In this document: positions 10,585 through 21,485 of the stretch, piece by piece
Layout of the letters: the number at the start of each line of letters is the position of its first letter
How positions within the stretch are numbered: position 1 is the first letter of the stretch
Assembly (NCBI RefSeq): GCF_001194135.2
Contig: NC_068983.1
Coordinates: forward strand, 29,491,004 to 29,525,535
Reading direction: 5' to 3'
DNA from: Octopus bimaculoides
Lineage: Eukaryota
DNA: 34,532 bases
The notes under the pieces: generated by a model
Database searches by the model: none
The model's input: only the letters and a program-made list of their open reading frames with translations
Told to the model about the DNA's origin: nothing
Position numbers and translations under genes: made by a program

Positions 10585-11176
10585 CAGTGGTTTTGCAACT
10601 GGGATCCATATGATCCCTAGGAGTCCATATCAGATTTTTTTTTTGGGGGGGGGGGACAAGCAATCAAAATAGCAAATTGGAGATCCACAGTAGTGGCCAT
10701 ATCTGGCCCAAATATTCTACCTGTTTTGTGTTCAAACTAGACAGACCTGGCCTCACACACTTATCCTACATTCCCATTCTAAAAGTATACAATCACATCA
10801 TTGAAATCTCAACCCTTATGAGATGATGCACGATTAATTAAAAGCAATGTGAATAAATAAGCAATGAATTTGACAGAATAATTTGAATGCTAAAGAGTTA
10901 AAGTTCCCTGAAGAATTTTTGTTTTAGATGTGTTTATTGCAACTAGTTTTTTTTCTTCAATTTTTTACATACTTCAACATATTCCCGGCCACTAAAACAT
11001 GTTCTCTAAAAGAGTGCTATTGCAGACCTAAACACGTGAGGGGGAAAAGCAAAATAGGAGTTTTGAAAGAAGTATCTATAAAACTAGTTTTTAAACATCG
11101 AATGGCTTTGGGAGTCCATCAGAGTAAAACAGTAATCAAAGGGGTTCATAGTTAGAGAAAAGGTTGAGTACCCCTG
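10585..11176. mobile_element. Probable old hAT-type MITE, interrupted by another element
   Basis: Left CAGTGGTTTTGCAAC and right GGTTGAGTACCCCTG resemble the hAT TIRs at 7337 and 26786; no TSD recovered. Confidence 0.35.
10695..10901 (-). mobile_element. Partial TTAA-type (piggyBac-like) MITE
   Basis: Ends in AATGCTAAAGAGTTAA (reverse TTAACTCTTTAGCATT); recognised from memory as an abundant octopus TTAACCC-terminated repeat; the other end is missing. Confidence 0.4.
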
Positions 11177-11489
11177 TATCAAGGCATGGTGAATTCAATC
11201 GCGAAGTTACTGTCACAGCTTCCTGAAAGATGAGTCTACCTTTCGGACCCACTGAGATCTTCCAGGCTCCAAAGCAGAATCACCTTACAAAATAGAAAAC
11301 AGGTTCTCTACAATGTTTTTTTTTTTTTTTTTAGAAACCTTCCTTTGCAAATTTAATACTTTTGAGAGGTGATGTCCGTTTGTTGCCCTTAATTTTCTGA
11401 AGTGCCTTCGAAGTCATCGTCAATTTTTTCTTTGTAAATATGTGTTAGTATGTACGCACACGCTTTAGATATGCATGTACATGTGTGTT

Positions 11490-11548
11490 CGTATAAATAC
11501 ACACACACACGCACACACACATATATACATATGTATATATATATATAT
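11490..11548. repeat. (CA)n/(TA)n microsatellite flanking the gap
   Basis: Directly visible. Confidence 0.9.
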
Positions 11549-12020
11549 NNNNNNNNNNNNNNNNNNNNNNNNNNNNNNNNNNNNNNNNNNNNNNNNNNNN
11601 NNNNNNNNNNNNNNNNNNNNNNNNNNNNNNNNNNNNNNNNNNNNNNNNNNNNNNNNNNNNNNNNNNNNNNNNNNNNNNNNNNNNNNNNNNNNNNNNNNNN
11701 NNNNNNNNNNNNNNNNNNNNNNNNNNNNNNNNNNNNNNNNNNNNNNNNNNNNNNNNNNNNNNNNNNNNNNNNNNNNNNNNNNNNNNNNNNNNNNNNNNNN
11801 NNNNNNNNNNNNNNNNNNNNNNNNNNNNNNNNNNNNNNNNNNNNNNNNNNNNNNNNNNNNNNNNNNNNNNNNNNNNNNNNNNNNNNNNNNNNNNNNNNNN
11901 NNNNNNNNNNNNNNNNNNNNNNNNNNNNNNNNNNNNNNNNNNNNNNNNNNNNNNNNNNNNNNNNNNNNNNNNNNNNNNNNNNNNNNNNNNNNNNNNNNNN
12001 NNNNNNNNNNNNNNNNNNNN
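11549..12020. other. Assembly gap (N-run)
   Basis: N characters. Confidence 1.
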
Positions 12021-12643
12021 TATATATATATATATGAGGTAAAGTGAAGTAGAGAGTAGAAGATAGCAGGGGTGGTATAAGTGAGAACTGCGAGAGGGGA
12101 AAAAACGCTAATGGGGTATATGTAGCAAAGTTTGTAACGTCACTACATCTTCTCACTTGTGTATCTCTATCTTTTTGATGTTGTTTGAAGTGCAGTCTTA
12201 TTAAATAAAATAAAGACGAGATCAATTGAAAATCTGTTTCAGTGTTCACGAACGCGAGATAAGAATGTTAATTTCATCAAAAGATTTGTACCAAAGTCAT
12301 GTACACGCACATACGCACGCGCGTACGTGTATGTACGTAAATTAATATATGCATATTAATATCTATATTAACAAATGAATATATGTATATGTGTATATAT
12401 GTTTATTTAAGAATGCGTGCATGTGCATTTTTGTTACCCAGCTTTGGCACATGCTCTACAATGTACCTCCTGCCTTGCCATTTCTAGTATCCACATCCAT
12501 TTTCCATCCACCTAACACTTCTGACTACACTGACCAGGTAAAGAGAAATTGTCCACATCTTCCCCAACTTGCTAGCCAAGGAAGCTGTAAGGTTGAATAA
12601 CAGCATTAATCTACATTATCTTCGTCGTTTCACAGCTAATACT

Positions 12644-13031
12644 GTTGCTGTTGGCACTCCGTCGCTTACGACGTCGAGGGTTCCAGTTGATCCGATCAAC
12701 GGAACAGCCTGCTCGTGAAATTAACGTGCAAGTGACTGAGCAATTCACAGACACGTGTACCCTTAACGTAGTTCTCAGGGATATTCAGCGTGACACAGTG
12801 TGACAAAGCTGTCCCTTGGAAATACAGGTACAACAGAAACAGGAAGGAAGAGTGAGAGAAAGTTGTGTCGAAAGAGTACAGCAGGGTTCGCCACCATCCC
12901 CTGTCGGAGCCCCGTGGAGCTTTAGGTGTTTTTGCTCAATAAACACTCACAACGCCCGGTCTGGGAATCGAAACCGCGATCCTACGACCGCGAGTCCGCT
13001 GCCCTAACCACTAGGTCATTGCGCCTCCACA
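12644..13031 (-). mobile_element. Full-length tRNA-derived SINE, family A, (CAA/CAG) tail
   Basis: Head TGTGGAGGCGCAATGACCTAGTGG and B box GGTTTCGATTCCC on the minus strand; TSD CAGCTAATACT at 12633-12643 and 13032-13042. Confidence 0.95.
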
Positions 13032-13339
13032 CAGCTAATACTAAACCAGATCTTTCCTGCTTGTTCTTAAAGCTTGGTTTACTTAGTTCCCGAAGCCCTA
13101 CTCTTGTTTCTGTTGGCATTGCAATATAATCAGGAAAAAACCAGCTCACAAAGCCTTCTCATTTCCCCTCCCACTTCTGTTCTACAGTGTTCTCATTGGT
13201 TACCTTCTTCATTATAAAGTCGACTGCTAATAGGAAGTGAAAAAAGCCAAAAGATGCAGTCATGACACATGTTATTGCTGATAATAAAGATGCCAGTTCA
13301 GCCAGTATCCCACTATCTGTCCTGGCAGGGCTACAACGA

Positions 13340-13930
13340 GTGGAAGTGCATGCCTTAGTGGTTAGGGTGTTGCACTCATGATTGTAGTTGAGGTGCAATG
13401 CTTTGTTGTTAGTGTTGGACACATAATTGTACAGTTGTGGTTTTGATTCCTGGATTGAGTCATGCATTGTATTCTTGAGTAAAACCCTTCACTTTATGTC
13501 GTTCAAGTCCGCTCAGCTGGCAAAAATAAGTATTCCTGCAATGGGCTAGCAAAGAATCTGGGTAACTCAAGATCATATGGTTATGGTTTCAATTCATGGA
13601 CTGGGCAATTCATTGAGTGAAACACTTCATTTCACTTAACTTCAATCCACTCAGCTGGTAAAAAGGAGTATTCCTGCAACAAAACAGCATCCCATCTAGC
13701 GGGAAAGTTTATACACCAAGGAATCTAGGAAACTCATGGTTACAATTCCTAGACTGGATGATGCATTGTGTTCTTGAGTAAAATACTTTATTTCACATTA
13801 CTCCAGTCCACTCAGCTGGAAAAAAATCAGTATTCCTGTGATGGGCCAGTGTTCTATCTAGGGGTAATATATATGCCATGGAACATGAGAAACTGGCCTT
13901 ATGAACCTATGATTAAAGAAGGACCTATGA
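13340..13930 (+). mobile_element. Degenerate CORE-type SINE with three tandem B-box/CORE units
   Basis: tRNA-like head GTGCATGCCTTAGTGGTTAGGG; motif CC(A/G)CTCAGCTGG..AAAA..AGTATTCCTG at 13509, 13647 and 13808, each preceded by variants of TTGAGTAAAA.ACTT.A.TT and similar to 22910-22975. Confidence 0.65.
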
Positions 13931-15129
13931 TCTTTTTTTTTTGAGAGCAGCATTAAAGATCTGACTGTAAACTGCATTAGTTCTGCCAGTAGCTATACAT
14001 AGCAATGAAACATGAAAAATGACAAGGGTGGCCAACAAGATAGACACAGTCAACTAACAATGTTTATGGAAGCTTCTGGATGCAAAATCACAAATGAAAA
14101 AACTCTTTTGTGAAGCAAAACCTGGTTACTGCAAAACATCGTGGTGCTGCATTGCTTTTTGTCTCACAGCTCATATTTTGTGTCTGTTTTCCTCTTGATA
14201 TGCAAAAAAATATCATGACAAGAACACTAGAAGAACAAAAAAAAAAAAAAAAGATATAATGCTGGCTCATGAACACCTAGTATTGAACATTTTAGAAAGG
14301 CCTCAAACATAGTTAGACAGGAGCAGAAAGAATTGCAACAAATTTAACTTGCCACCAGAAGGAAGCTTACAGCTTGTCTATCTCTCAATGTAGGAAACTG
14401 TTTAGTGGTGGTTATCAATCATCATTGGTTATACTCACTGGTAGGTTGTTTCTTAAAGCGAGAATGATCACATTAATAATAACAACATACATTTCCATAC
14501 TATATTACTTCATACAGTTGAATTAACAATGAATGAATAAATTAGGAAAACATGTGTTACCATGTATGTGATAGTTTAAAGTTTTCATTGCAGAAATTAA
14601 AAACCATATTTTAGTTAATAATATGACACTTGTTCATACTTGTTATGGATAGAAAAAGTGAGAACACCTATCATGGAACTGAGTGAGAGAGTTCTGTTTA
14701 GCATCTGAGATCATTCTGTCTAGGTGTTCAACAATTCACCTTTTTATAACTTTTACCAAAATTTCCATAGCCTTCAGCAAAGCTTTCTGGCAAGCATTTC
14801 ACACATCTTTCTTTCAAGTATACTGCTTTGTTGGTTACATACCAGTCGATACTGATCAGGCAAACCATGTTTATGCTTTTTATCATGATATAGTTAGTTT
14901 CTCATAGCTGTCTTGCCTTTTATGGACATACAGTCAGGCCATGGTTCTAAACTGTGAATCTGAGCAAGATAGATTGAAACCAGGTAGAAGCATCACTTTA
15001 ATCTAATACAAAAAATGTATTTTTGTGTGTATGTATAGTGTGTGTGTGAAAACTAAGCTTGGGTTGGTGAGCAACTAAAGACACAATGATGCCACAAGTA
15101 CTGGTCACTTCACAAATGTAGATATAAAG

Positions 15130-15231
15130 CTGCTTGTATGTATGTATGAGTGTGTGTATTTATATGTATATATATATATATATATGTGTGTGTGTATATA
15201 TATGTGTGTGTGTGTATATATATGTGTGCAT

Positions 15232-15266
<35 letters not shown>

Positions 15267-15270
15267 ATTG
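15130..15270. repeat. Compound (TATG)/(TA)/(TG)/(CA) microsatellite
   Basis: Directly visible. Confidence 0.95.
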
Positions 15271-15390
15271 TTAAACAGGACAGCAAACATTAAGGCAAGG
15301 CAAACATCTCAAGTCATACACAGTATTATTATAGGAAGAAATTCAAAATCTTACAGCTGTTTCTGGCATATCCCCAAGTATTGGATATAT

Positions 15391-15860
15391 CACCATCATC
15401 ATCATTGTTTAACGTCCGCTTTCCATGCTGGCATGGGTTGGACGGTTTGACTGAGAACTGGTGAGCCAGAGGCTGCACCAGGCTCAATCTGATCGGGCAA
15501 AGTTTCTACAGCTGGATGCCCTTTCTAACGCTTACCATTCCGAGAGTGTAGTGGGAGCTTTTTATGTGGCATGAGGGCCAGTCAGGCGGTTCTGGCAACG
15601 ACCATGCTCAGAAGGTGTTTTTACATGCTACCTGCACAGGAGCCAGTCCGGTGGCACTGGCAACGACTGTTCAAATGTTGTTTTTCACATGCCACCGGTA
15701 CATGTGCTGGTAAGGCGACACTGGCAACAATCATGTTCAAATGGTGCTTTTAACATGTCACTGGCATGGGAGCCAATTCGTGGCCCTGGCAACGATCACA
15801 CTCGGATATGCTTCTTTTAACGTTCCACTGGCACGAGTACCAATCAGGCAGTGCTGTCAT
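15391..15860 (-). mobile_element. RTE LINE 3' UTR fragment with about 65-bp tandem subrepeats and (GAT)n tail
   Basis: Minus strand carries AAGGGCATCCAGCTGTAGAAAC...CCAACCCATGCCAGCATGGAAAGCGGACGTTAAACAATGATGATG, preceded by 4-5 units each containing CTGGCAAC and TTTT(A/C)ACATG on the + strand. Confidence 0.85.
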
Positions 15861-15861
15861 C

Positions 15862-17215
15862 GGATGCCCCTGGAAGTTTCTCTATGCTGATTACCTTGCT
15901 CTAATAGCTGAGTTACTATCAGAACTAGAGAAGTTTCAGGTGTGGAAGCAAGGTCTAGAATCAAACGGCCTTAGAGTCAATCGAGCAAAAACCAGTCTTA
16001 ATAAGTAGAAAAGCAGACAAGTCACAAATCCCTTCAGGTAGATGACCCTGCTCGATCTGTAGAAAAGGCGTAGGTAGAAACTCCATAAGATGTACCTGGT
16101 GTACGCTATGGACACATAAGAAGTGCAGTAATATCAAAGAAAGGCTAACTGGGAAGATAGTTTTTGTGTGTGCTCAGGGGCAATTAACACTGATAATGTA
16201 CAGAAAACAGCTTCCGTCACATGCCAGGGAGAAAAACTAGAAATAGTTGATCGCTTCTGTTACCTAGGTGACCAAGTCGGTTGTGGGGGTGGATGCTCTG
16301 TGAGTGTAGTGGCTAGAATAAGAATAGCCTAGGCAAGGGCCTGTCACTCAGAGTGAAAGGCAGACTGTATGATGCATGTGTACGAACAGTCATGCTACAC
16401 AGCAGTGAATCATGGGTTGTGACTGCTGAGGACATGCATAAGGTTGCAAGAAACGAAGCTAGTATGCTCCGCTGGATGTGTAATGTCAGTGTGCATGCAC
16501 AACAGAATGTAAGCACCCTGAGAGAAAAATTGGACATAGCATCAGATGTGGTGTGTAAGTGAGACAACTGTGCTGGTATGGTCATGTGTTGTGTTTGGAT
16601 GAGGACAGCTGTGTGAAAAAGTGTCACACCCCAGCAGTAGTGGGAACCTGAGGAAGAGATAGTCCCAGGAAGACCTGGTATGAGGTGGTGAAGCATGACC
16701 TTCAAATATCGGGCCTCACGGAGATGATGACGAGCATCTGAGACCTTTGGAGATATGCTGTGCTTGAGAAGACCCAGCAAGCTGAGTGAGACCGTAACTG
16801 TGGCCTTTGCCAATGTAGCACAACCAGCCCATTTAAGAGTACCTTCAATCATTAGGTAATAAACTGTGCTTGAGAAGACCTCTTGATTCAAGTAAAATCA
16901 TTGTTGTGGCCGATGTCAGTACCTCCTGACTGACTCTCATGCCAATGGCATGTGAAAAGCGCCATCCGAATGTGGTCATTGCCAGTGCTGCCTGACTGTC
17001 TCCCATGCCGATGGCACGTAAAAAGCACCAGTGCAGTGTAGTTGATGCCAGTACCACCTGACTGGCCCTCATACTGGTGACACATAAAAAGCAACCACTA
17101 CATTCTCAGAGTAGTTGGTGTTAGGAAGGGCATCCAGCTGTAGAAACCTTGCCAGATCAGATTGGAGCCGTCTGGCATGCCAATCCACAGTCAAACCGTC
17201 CAACCCATGCCTAGC
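15862..17215 (+). mobile_element. RTE-clade LINE, 5'-truncated at the RT catalytic motif, with 3' UTR; decayed
   Basis: GCPWKFLYADYLAL (YADD motif mutated)...GLESNGLRVNRAKT, PHD-like PCSICRKGVGRNSIRCTWCTLWTHKKC, GEKLEIVDRFCYLGD, KGRLYDACVRTVMLHSSESW; the UTR has three tandem units and the AGGAAGGGCATCC tail but lacks the last roughly 30 bp. Confidence 0.92.
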
Positions 17216-17224
17216 TCTCCTGTG

Positions 17225-17440
17225 TAACCCTTCTGTCTGGCATTCGCCATGATAGATCACAAGCCACTACACATTCTTTATTTTCTCTCCTTGTTTCTTT
17301 CTGTGTTCCTTTCTGTGGAAGAGCGTAGGCTCGAAACATTAAAGACTTTTTCACTTCCTGAGTGTTATACTAATACATCTGTTTGTTGTCTACACAACCT
17401 GTCTTCGTCTTTTGTTTTTTTGTGAATTCTCCCGATATAT
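17225..17440 (+). mobile_element. Penelope-like element terminal (pLTR-type) fragment, copy 1
   Basis: Shares TTCTCTCCTTG...GAAGAGCGTAG(G)CTCGAAAC.TTAAAGACTTT...ACTAATACATC...CCTGTC.TCGTCT with 28460-28595 and carries a hammerhead-like motif typical of PLE ends. Confidence 0.65.
17309..17344 (+). ncRNA. Minimal type I hammerhead-ribozyme-like motif (variant core, decayed)
   Basis: CUUU (stem I) CUGUGGA A GAGC-GUAG-GCUC (stem II) GAAA CAUU AAAG (stem I'). Confidence 0.5.
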
Positions 17441-17614
17441 GTATATATTATCCGAAACGTATAGTATTAAGTACCCATCACAGCTGATCTTACCAATCAG
17501 TTTTGTGTCAAGAATACAAGGGCGTGTTAGGTTACAATCCGATTATATAACTTTACGCTCATCAGAGTTAGCCGATATGGAAGTAAATATGGCGACTGCT
17601 CTCTATTGCTGGAG

Positions 17615-18005
17615 GTGAATTAGCACAACCTGCTGGGAAAAAGGTAATGAAACGAAAAAGGGCTAGGGAATTATGTTAGGAGTTATGTCCCTTGTTTGTG
17701 TATGCTGTGAAGCCAGTAAGAGCTATCTTGAAGTGGGGAAAGTGTGTATTATTAATATGGTGTTCTTGTGGGGATGGGGTGTGTGATATGTATAATGGCG
17801 TCATGTGCATAATTGTTTCTGGGGATGTAGGTTTATATAGCTGTGTTTGTTGGACTGTTTTCTTTCTGTAAAGGATAAGGTGGTGAGAGTTTTTTTTATG
17901 TTAACATGCAGTGTCTAATGTATGTGTAGGGGCACATTTTGTGTGTAGGGGTATGTATTGGGGTGGGTGAGAGACAGTCCATTTTGTAAGGTGTCTGCTT
18001 TATAG

Positions 18006-18041
<36 letters not shown>

Positions 18042-18235
18042 ATGGTTGCCTAGGTGTGTGCTTTGATTAAACTCTTTGCTGGGCCCAAGGAAAGTGGAAG
18101 GTCAAGGCCGGGGACCTGAGGTTCCAGTCATGGTGGGGCGCGCAGGTACAATAGGATGTACTTCCTTTCATGTGGGCAATGATTAAATACCTCACCCCTT
18201 CTATTCAGATAAACATTCAGGCATTGAGTATCCTT
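17615..18235 (-). mobile_element. Penelope-like element C-terminal fragment and probable 3' UTR
   Basis: 18235-18128 translates KDTQCLNVYLNRRGEVFNHCPHERKYILLYLRAPP*, matching the LN(K/R)R.E....C.H..K(F/Y).L C-terminal motif after the GIY-YIG domain of Penelope proteins. The downstream extent is approximate and is interrupted by (GT)n at about 18008-18040. Confidence 0.55.
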
Positions 18236-18260
18236 TAAAATTATATATATATATATACAC

Positions 18261-18344
18261 ACATATAAGAGGGATGACCACTAAGTGGACATCCCTTTTG
18301 CTAGCAAAAAGGATGTCCACTTAGTGGTCATCCCTCTTATATGT
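18261..18344. repeat. 84-bp near-perfect palindrome (41 of 42 pairs) centred on CT|AG
   Basis: Checked base by base; single mismatch C18295/A18310; no spacer. Confidence 0.98.
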
Positions 18345-18497
18345 ATGTAATATAATTTTTCTGAATCTTCAGATGTTTCAATTTGCTAGGCCACTGGTTT
18401 TAAATTGATGTTAACCAAATTAATATTCAATTTTTCACCCTTATTATTTAAAATTTTATATATATTTTATATATATTTATAATTCCATATATATATA

Positions 18498-18655
18498 TTG
18501 GCGTTAGGAAGGGCATCCAGCTGTAGAAACAGTCAAATCAGATTGGAGTCTGGTGTAGCCATCTGGTTCACCAGTCCTCAGTCAAATCGTTCAACCCATG
18601 CTAGCATGGAAAGCGGACGTTAAACGATGATGATGATGATGATGATGATGATGAT
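18498..18655 (+). mobile_element. RTE LINE extreme 3' tail with (GAT)10, inserted in TA-rich sequence
   Basis: TTGGCGTTAGGAAGGGCATCCAGCTGTAGAAAC...CATGCTAGCATGGAAAGCGGACGTTAAACGATGATGAT. Confidence 0.9.
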
Positions 18656-19044
18656 ATATACATGTGTGTGTGTGTGTGTATAAATGCATGTATGAATGTA
18701 TATATAAGAAGATAACTATGGACAACTACTTCAAAACTTTCAACTTTTATACCCAGAGAATAAATTCACATTTATACCAATAATAACTGGTGCACTTGGT
18801 AAATACCTCAATGATAATCTGGTAAAGCTCAGGTTTTTACAAAAAGAAATCAAACAACTTTCACATTAAAATTACAATTTGTAGTGGAACCATAAGAATA
18901 TGCGAAACTTTTCTCAACTTCAAAATGCGACATAGTTTCTGTTTTCTGCATCCCGATGCTGGAGTTGTGTATGTTTGTTAGAAACCAGCTCCTTCTCAAC
19001 AGGAATACTCCAAATAATTAAAAACAGAAGGGAACATACGTGCA

Positions 19045-19396
19045 TACATAAGCATGAGTACACGTATATATACATGCACACATATGTACATACGTACATA
19101 AATACACATGCACACACATATATACACGCTCACTCACACGTATGCAAACACATAAACAAATGAAAAATGCTCAGTATGGAACAGGGAAGACTATAGTTCA
19201 AATGAGTATGCAATATATTTATTGGGTGAAGCGGATATGATTATTTTTCATCAAAAGGCTCATATTTACACTGTAGTAAAGTGTACATATGAATATGTAT
19301 GTATATGTGCACGTGTGCAATATATGTGTGTGTGTAAGCGCGCGTATGTTTGTGTATGGCAAAAATATATATATGAATGTGTGTGTGTGTGTGTGC

Positions 19397-19433
<37 letters not shown>

Positions 19434-19730
19434 TGTGTATTTCTTCTATCTTAATGCATAAAAATTCTTCGGATATATATATACATATATGGCGATCTTT
19501 CGATACTAATCCTATATATATATATATCAATGCATGTATATAGACACCGTTTAAACATGCGACCTTTGTGAATGAATCCGCATTGAGAAATAGAAACCGA
19601 TAGAGCAAACAAGTGCAAAACCAAAGCATGTAGCCACTACTATATTGATTGAGGCAGGGAACCATATACATACATATATGTATATAATGATTATATATAT
19701 ATATATATATACATACACACACACGTACAC
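19045..19730. repeat. Cluster of degenerate (CA)/(TA)/(TG) microsatellites
   Basis: Directly visible; explains the YI/HT/CV-rich ORFs. Confidence 0.9.
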
Positions 19731-21019
19731 ATTCTTGAATGTTGTTTTCCACTTATTTGTGTAATATTTAAAGACACAATTGCTCGCGTATATTAAAGTT
19801 ATTCTATTCTATCAATTTATTAACCCCGTCTTTTTTCTTTTTTTCGGCAATTAATTATACTAATCTATTTGTAGGTCGTTTACTTAATAAAATGAAAATT
19901 CGAAAATAAATTCATTCATACGGAGCTAGAATTTTTTTTATTGTTTTCTACGTTATGGGCACTGTGTTAATTCTTTATTGGAGATAAATTTATAGATTTT
20001 TAAAATAATTTTAAAGACAAAATACGAAAAAGAAAAAAAATACGGGTAAAATGGAAAACTGTCGAACATTTGGCTTCAAACTGAAAGAATAGCCGGAAGC
20101 TAAAGTACATAGTTAAATAATTAAACAAAAATGTTTTTTTCATAAGGAAATTAACAATGATTAAATTTATATAGAAATAATTAGGATTTTATAATTGTTA
20201 TTACGAACTTGTATTTGAATAAAAATTCGAAAATCGCATTTCTTAAGCATAGCTTCTTGTGTTTCTTAAGATGCGTCATAAAAACAAATAAAATAAAAAT
20301 TCAAAGACTACACAAATGATCCATTTAGTTTGTCAACAACAGCTTTAGCAATAATGATCATCAGAAATTGTTGTGTACGAGCAGGGTTCATTGTGATCGA
20401 ACCAACTGATGATGAAAGGCGTTTCAGCTGTGGCCACCCTGTATTTTTCTATTCAATGTTTCTATTATTATTATCTCATTTGTCCTTCCTGTTTACTATC
20501 ACGAGTGAAATTTGGTTTCTATTTCTCGCAACCTTGACCACACATTATCATTATCCTTGTTGTTGTTGTTATTCAGTCTTACTGGGGCAATCAACCCGTT
20601 TGTCCCTTGTACTTTCCTGGGTGTGGGGAAACTTGCTTGTTATTTCTAGTAAGTTGAAAATCCCTCTTTGAGTAGAAATTGCTTTAATATCATTAATAAA
20701 CAATGACTAACAGCAACAAAATGCTGTCTAACTTGAAAAAGAAAAACGTAGTTGAACAAAACATTATTTAACAAAAATAAGCAAAAATAAAACCATTACA
20801 TTAAAATCCTATTTCTTTCTTGTTTAGAAAACAAGTAGAATCGAAAATTTTGACTAAACATAGGAAATGTCGAATAGAATCAGTGTATTTACGCTAACAT
20901 CCCCCTCCGTGCCAATTTTTTTCCCTTCTTCATGAACGATGTTATATCTCTATAGTTATGTAGAGAATCGATTTCCCACTCCAACCCTTAAACCCTTTCC
21001 CCATCTCAACACTCCCATC

Positions 21020-21485
21020 CTAATTGTGTTTTGATGATGATGATGATGGTGATGCTTTGTTATTGTTGCTGTTGATGACGATGATGATGATGATGATGAT
21101 GATGATAGGGAAAATAATGACGATAATGATGGTGGTGGTGGTGGTGGTGGTGCTTTCTGATGGTGTTGATGCTGTCGATGATGACAATGAGGATGATGAT
21201 GATGATGATGATGGTATTGCTGCTGTGTACGATGTTGTTGATGGTGATGGCAGTGGTGGTAATGCTGCTGCTGTTGCTAATACTACTACTACCATTATTA
21301 CTAAAAATGATGATGATACTGGTGGTGGTGGAGACAGTGACGCTTCTACTGCAGTTGCTGCTATTGATGATGATGATAATAGTAATGATGGAAATGATGA
21401 CTATGTTTGTTGATGATGTTATCATTGTTGTTGTTGTTGTTGATCATGATGATGACGACGATGACGATGATGATGTAGATGGCTA
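21020..21485. repeat. Compound trinucleotide repeat region (GAT/GGT/GCT/GTT/AAT)
   Basis: Phase-locked triplets mostly ending in T. Confidence 0.95.

Noticed and set aside
11245-11295. Minus-strand candidate micro-exon (GDSALEPGRSQWVRK or VILLWSLEDLSGSE)
   Set aside because: Weak splice sites and no homology; cannot be supported without transcripts.
11389-12249. Long ORFs spanning N-gaps (also 2259-2618, 5314-5736, 27961-28390)
   Set aside because: Artefacts of N-runs and dinucleotide repeats.
13500-13840. CRISPR-like repeat-spacer array
   Set aside because: The units are long, diverged and SINE-derived; eukaryotic context with no cas genes.
14660-14900. Minus-strand peptide faintly like a CR1/L2 RT (VKVIKR*IVEHLDRMISD)
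   Set aside because: Similarity is too short and ambiguous to call.
17090-17145. Possible twister or HDV-like ribozyme next to AGGAAGGGCATCC
   Set aside because: No twister core (GUCCCAAGCCCGG-like) or HDV-type nested pseudoknot could be built in any of the copies.
17540-17570. Canonical CUGAUGA hammerhead core on the minus strand (CTCTGATGAGCG)
   Set aside because: No GAAA follows any plausible stem II and no stem I partner was found; at best a decayed remnant.
20330-20671. 113-aa hydrophobic ORF
   Set aside because: Hydrophobicity follows from T-rich composition; no domain or splice evidence.
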